Origin: a bacterium
GTDB taxonomy: Bacteria > Desulfobacterota > DSWW01
Length of the DNA stretch: 64,000 nt
NCBI GenBank assembly: GCA_040756235.1
Contig: JBFLZG010000042.1
Location: 1 to 64,000, forward strand
Direction of reading: 5' to 3'
Part shown: positions 60,216-64,000 of the stretch, one piece after another
Layout of the letters: the number at the start of each line of letters is the position of its first letter
Position numbering within the stretch: the first letter of the stretch is position 1
Made by a program: the position numbers and the translations under genes
The notes under the pieces: model-generated
What the model saw: the letters and a program-made list of their open reading frames with translations, nothing else
Told to the model about the DNA's origin: nothing
The model's database searches: none

Positions 60216-61076
60216 ATGCAGGCGCAAGCCATCCGGGTGATCGGTGTGATCGGGGCCGGACAGATGGGGGCAGGCATCGCCCAGGTGATGGCACAGTCGG
60301 GCCTCTCGGTGGTGGTTCAGGACATCGGCCAGCCCTATCTGGAGAACGGGCTGAACAGCATTCGGCAGAGCCTGGACCGGCTCGTGAAGAAGGGAAAGAT
60401 GGGTGAGGACCAGAAGCGGGAAACCCTCGGCCGCCTGCGCACGACCTTGGACCTGGCCGAGATGCGGACGGCTCAGGTCGTGATCGAGGCGGCCACCGAG
60501 AACGTGAGAGTCAAGGAAGAGATCTTCCGCAAGCTGGACGAGATCACCCCGGCCGCGACCATCCTGGCCACGAACACTTCTTCCATCTCGATCACGCACA
60601 TCGGTGCCGCAACGGCCAGGCCGGACCGGGTCATCGGCATGCATTTCATGAATCCCGTGCCGCTCATGGAGCTGGTCGAGATCATTCGCGGGCTGAGGAC
60701 GTCGGAAGAGACCTTCCAGTGCATTCAGGCGCTGACGCGCAAGGTGGCCAAGACGCCGGTGGAGGCGCAAGACTTCCCCGGGTTCATCGTCAACCGGATC
60801 CTGATGCCCATGATCAATGAGGCGGTTTATGCGTTGTATGAAGGAGTCGGGAAGCCCGCGGACATCGATGCGGCCATGAGGCTCGGCACGAACCAGCCCA
60901 TGGGTCCTCTCACGTTGGCCGATCTCATCGGGTTGGACACCTGCCTGGCCATCATGGAAGTGCTGCACACGGGTCTGGGCGACTCGAAGTACAGACCCTG
61001 CCCGCTGCTGAAGAAATACGTGGAGGCCGGCTATCTCGGCCGCAAAGTGAAGCGGGGATTCTACACGTACGAGTGA
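60216..61076 (+). CDS. hbd: 3-hydroxybutyryl-CoA dehydrogenase
   Basis: [40 protein letters not shown]. Confidence 0.93.
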   Translation: MQAQAIRVIGVIGAGQMGAGIAQVMAQSGLSVVVQDIGQPYLENGLNSIRQSLDRLVKKGKMGEDQKRETLGRLRTTLDLAEMRTAQVVIEAATENVRVKEEIFRKLDEITPAATILATNTSSISITHIGAATARPDRVIGMHFMNPVPLMELVEIIRGLRTSEETFQCIQALTRKVAKTPVEAQDFPGFIVNRILMPMINEAVYALYEGVGKPADIDAAMRLGTNQPMGPLTLADLIGLDTCLAIMEVLHTGLGDSKYRPCPLLKKYVEAGYLGRKVKRGFYTYE

Positions 61077-61096
61077 TGCGGGGTTGGTTCAATCAG

Positions 61097-61190
61097 GAGC
61101 CCGTTGGAAGATCGGCTCCGACACGGGCTGTTCAAGAATGCCCAGGTGCAAGGCAGGCGAAGCGCTGAGGAATAAGGCGTATATGGGAGC
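61097..61190 (-). repeat. Degenerate inverted MITE fragment
   Basis: GGCTGTTCAAGAATGCCCAGGTGCAAGGC...TGAGGAATAAGGCGTATATGGGAG matches the 49160-49223 segment. Confidence 0.65.
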
Positions 61191-61212
61191 TCGGACCGGG
61201 GAGGAATCCAAC

Positions 61213-62862
<1,650 letters not shown>

Positions 62863-62926
62863 TGCTCGAGAGGAGCCCGCTGAAAAACCGGCCCCGGCAC
62901 AGGAGCCTGTTACAGGAGAAGGGAAG

Positions 62927-63322
62927 ATGGCGGACAACAGGAAACGAATCCTCATCGCGAAGCCCGGCTTGGACGGTCACGATCGCGGAGCCAAGATCAT
63001 CGCGAGGGCCCTGCGGGATGCGGGATTCGAGGTGATCTATACGGGACTGCACCAGACTCCGGAAATGATCGTTGCGACCGCCATCCAAGAAGACGTGGAT
63101 GCCATCGGCTTGAGCATCCTCTCGGGCGCTCACAACCATCTGTTCCCCAGGGTCGTCGAGTTGCTGCGCGACAAGGGGGCGGACGAAAAGACCGTTTTCG
63201 GCGGTGGCATCATCCCGGTGGAAGACATCGAGGGATTGAAGAAAGCCGGAATCACGGAGATCTTCACCCCGGGCACGCAGTTGAAAGACATCGTGGAGTT
63301 TGTCCGGAAAACCGTGAAGTAG
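62927..63322 (+). CDS. Cobalamin-binding subunit of acyl-CoA mutase
   Basis: [25 protein letters not shown]. Confidence 0.95.
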   Translation: MADNRKRILIAKPGLDGHDRGAKIIARALRDAGFEVIYTGLHQTPEMIVATAIQEDVDAIGLSILSGAHNHLFPRVVELLRDKGADEKTVFGGGIIPVEDIEGLKKAGITEIFTPGTQLKDIVEFVRKTVK

Positions 63323-63325
63323 GCA

Positions 63326-63479
63326 GAGGCTGTCCCAAAACGCCCATCTGCGGCGTTGCACTCATCCTTCGTCACTGCGGCGTGCTTCCATGTACGCCTC
63401 GTTCCTCAGGATTTCGTGCGCCTTGCATCTGGGTATTTTTGAACAGCCTCTGAAATTCGAGCCTGTTGGGACAGTCTCT
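63326..63479 (+). mobile_element. MITE-like ~150 bp repeat, full copy
   Basis: Terminal inverted repeats AGAGGCTGTCCCAA...TTGGGACAGTCTCT (13/14 match); core matches the 6897 copy. Confidence 0.85.
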
Positions 63480-63508
63480 GGATACTCGCGAAGCCCAGGA
63501 ACCCGGGG

Positions 63509-63922
63509 ATGATCAGAGGGATCGGCGTGGATGTCGTCGAGGTCGATCGGATCGCCAGAATCCTGGGGGGGAACGGACACGAACGGTTCCTGGCGCGGGT
63601 CTACACCTCTGCCGAGTTACAGTACTGTGTGGGTAAGGCGAGACGGACCGAACACCTGGCTGCCCGATTCGCTGCCAAGGAGGCGGTCTTCAAGGCCTTG
63701 GGCACGGGCTGGTCGGGTGGGATCGGCTGGAAGGACGTAGAGGTTCGCAATGAGGCAACAGGTCTGCCTCGGGTGTTCCTGCATGGTAAGGCGCTCGAGG
63801 TCTTCCGGGAAAGGGGTGGGGGAAAGCTGCTCCTGTCCATCTCCCACACTTCCCGTGTCGCCGTCGCTCATGCCGTCTGGGAATCCGAGGAGCCTCCCGG
63901 GCCGCCGGGAGCGGCCGGCTGA
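63509..63922 (+). CDS. acpS: Holo-ACP synthase
   Basis: GIGVDVV, LAARFAAKEAVFKALGTG, LSISH. Confidence 0.95.
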   Translation: MIRGIGVDVVEVDRIARILGGNGHERFLARVYTSAELQYCVGKARRTEHLAARFAAKEAVFKALGTGWSGGIGWKDVEVRNEATGLPRVFLHGKALEVFRERGGGKLLLSISHTSRVAVAHAVWESEEPPGPPGAAG

Positions 63923-64000
63923 CCGGAGAAGGCCCGCTCGAGGTGCCTTCCCCGGAGCCCTCGTGCTGCTGCTGGTGCTGGCCGGTGGCTGCTCCTCCCT

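Noticed and set aside
63923..64000. Start of a lipoprotein gene (…ALVLLLVLAGGCSS)
   Set aside because: A lipobox-like frame is visible but has no clear start and is cut by the window edge.

Overview
GC-rich chromosomal segment, probably from a Desulfobacterota/'deltaproteobacterial' organism (inferred from the PxxKW, FYDLN and PilZ-type genes and the multiple sigma54 activators). Most of it is housekeeping: queE, pcm, eno, an EF-G paralogue, lnt, hisS, the rimP-nusA-ylxR-infB-DUF503-rbfA-truB-rpsO-pnp operon, purB, adk, queH, rlpA, mreB, nadE, udg, ribBA, hypBA, miaB, hbd, a split B12 acyl-CoA mutase and acpS. The main accessory feature is a ~9.9 kb element integrated at tRNA-Gly(CCC) and bounded by a perfect 47-bp direct repeat (30590-30636 / 40482-40528). 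It has an integrase, excisionase, replication initiator with iteron-like repeats, DnaB helicase, a site with lambda cosQ/cosN geometry and a Nu1-like small terminase, but no recognisable large terminase, portal or capsid, so it looks like a cos-type phage satellite. Its cargo is unusual: a phage-virion-like beta protein with a tandem-repeat partner, a stand-alone FtsH-type (M41) protease domain behind a predicted structured RNA, and a Cys-rich lipoprotein. Other points: a ~150-bp MITE-like family (at least 8 copies or remnants, each just after a stop codon), an RlmD-like methyltransferase missing both catalytic residues, a CTP-dependent lipid kinase fused to a glycosyltransferase, a lipoprotein-type DUF151-PDZ protein, and a one-kinase/three-sigma54-activator cluster upstream of a sigma54 promoter. 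All family assignments come from motif recognition by eye; no database searches were run.
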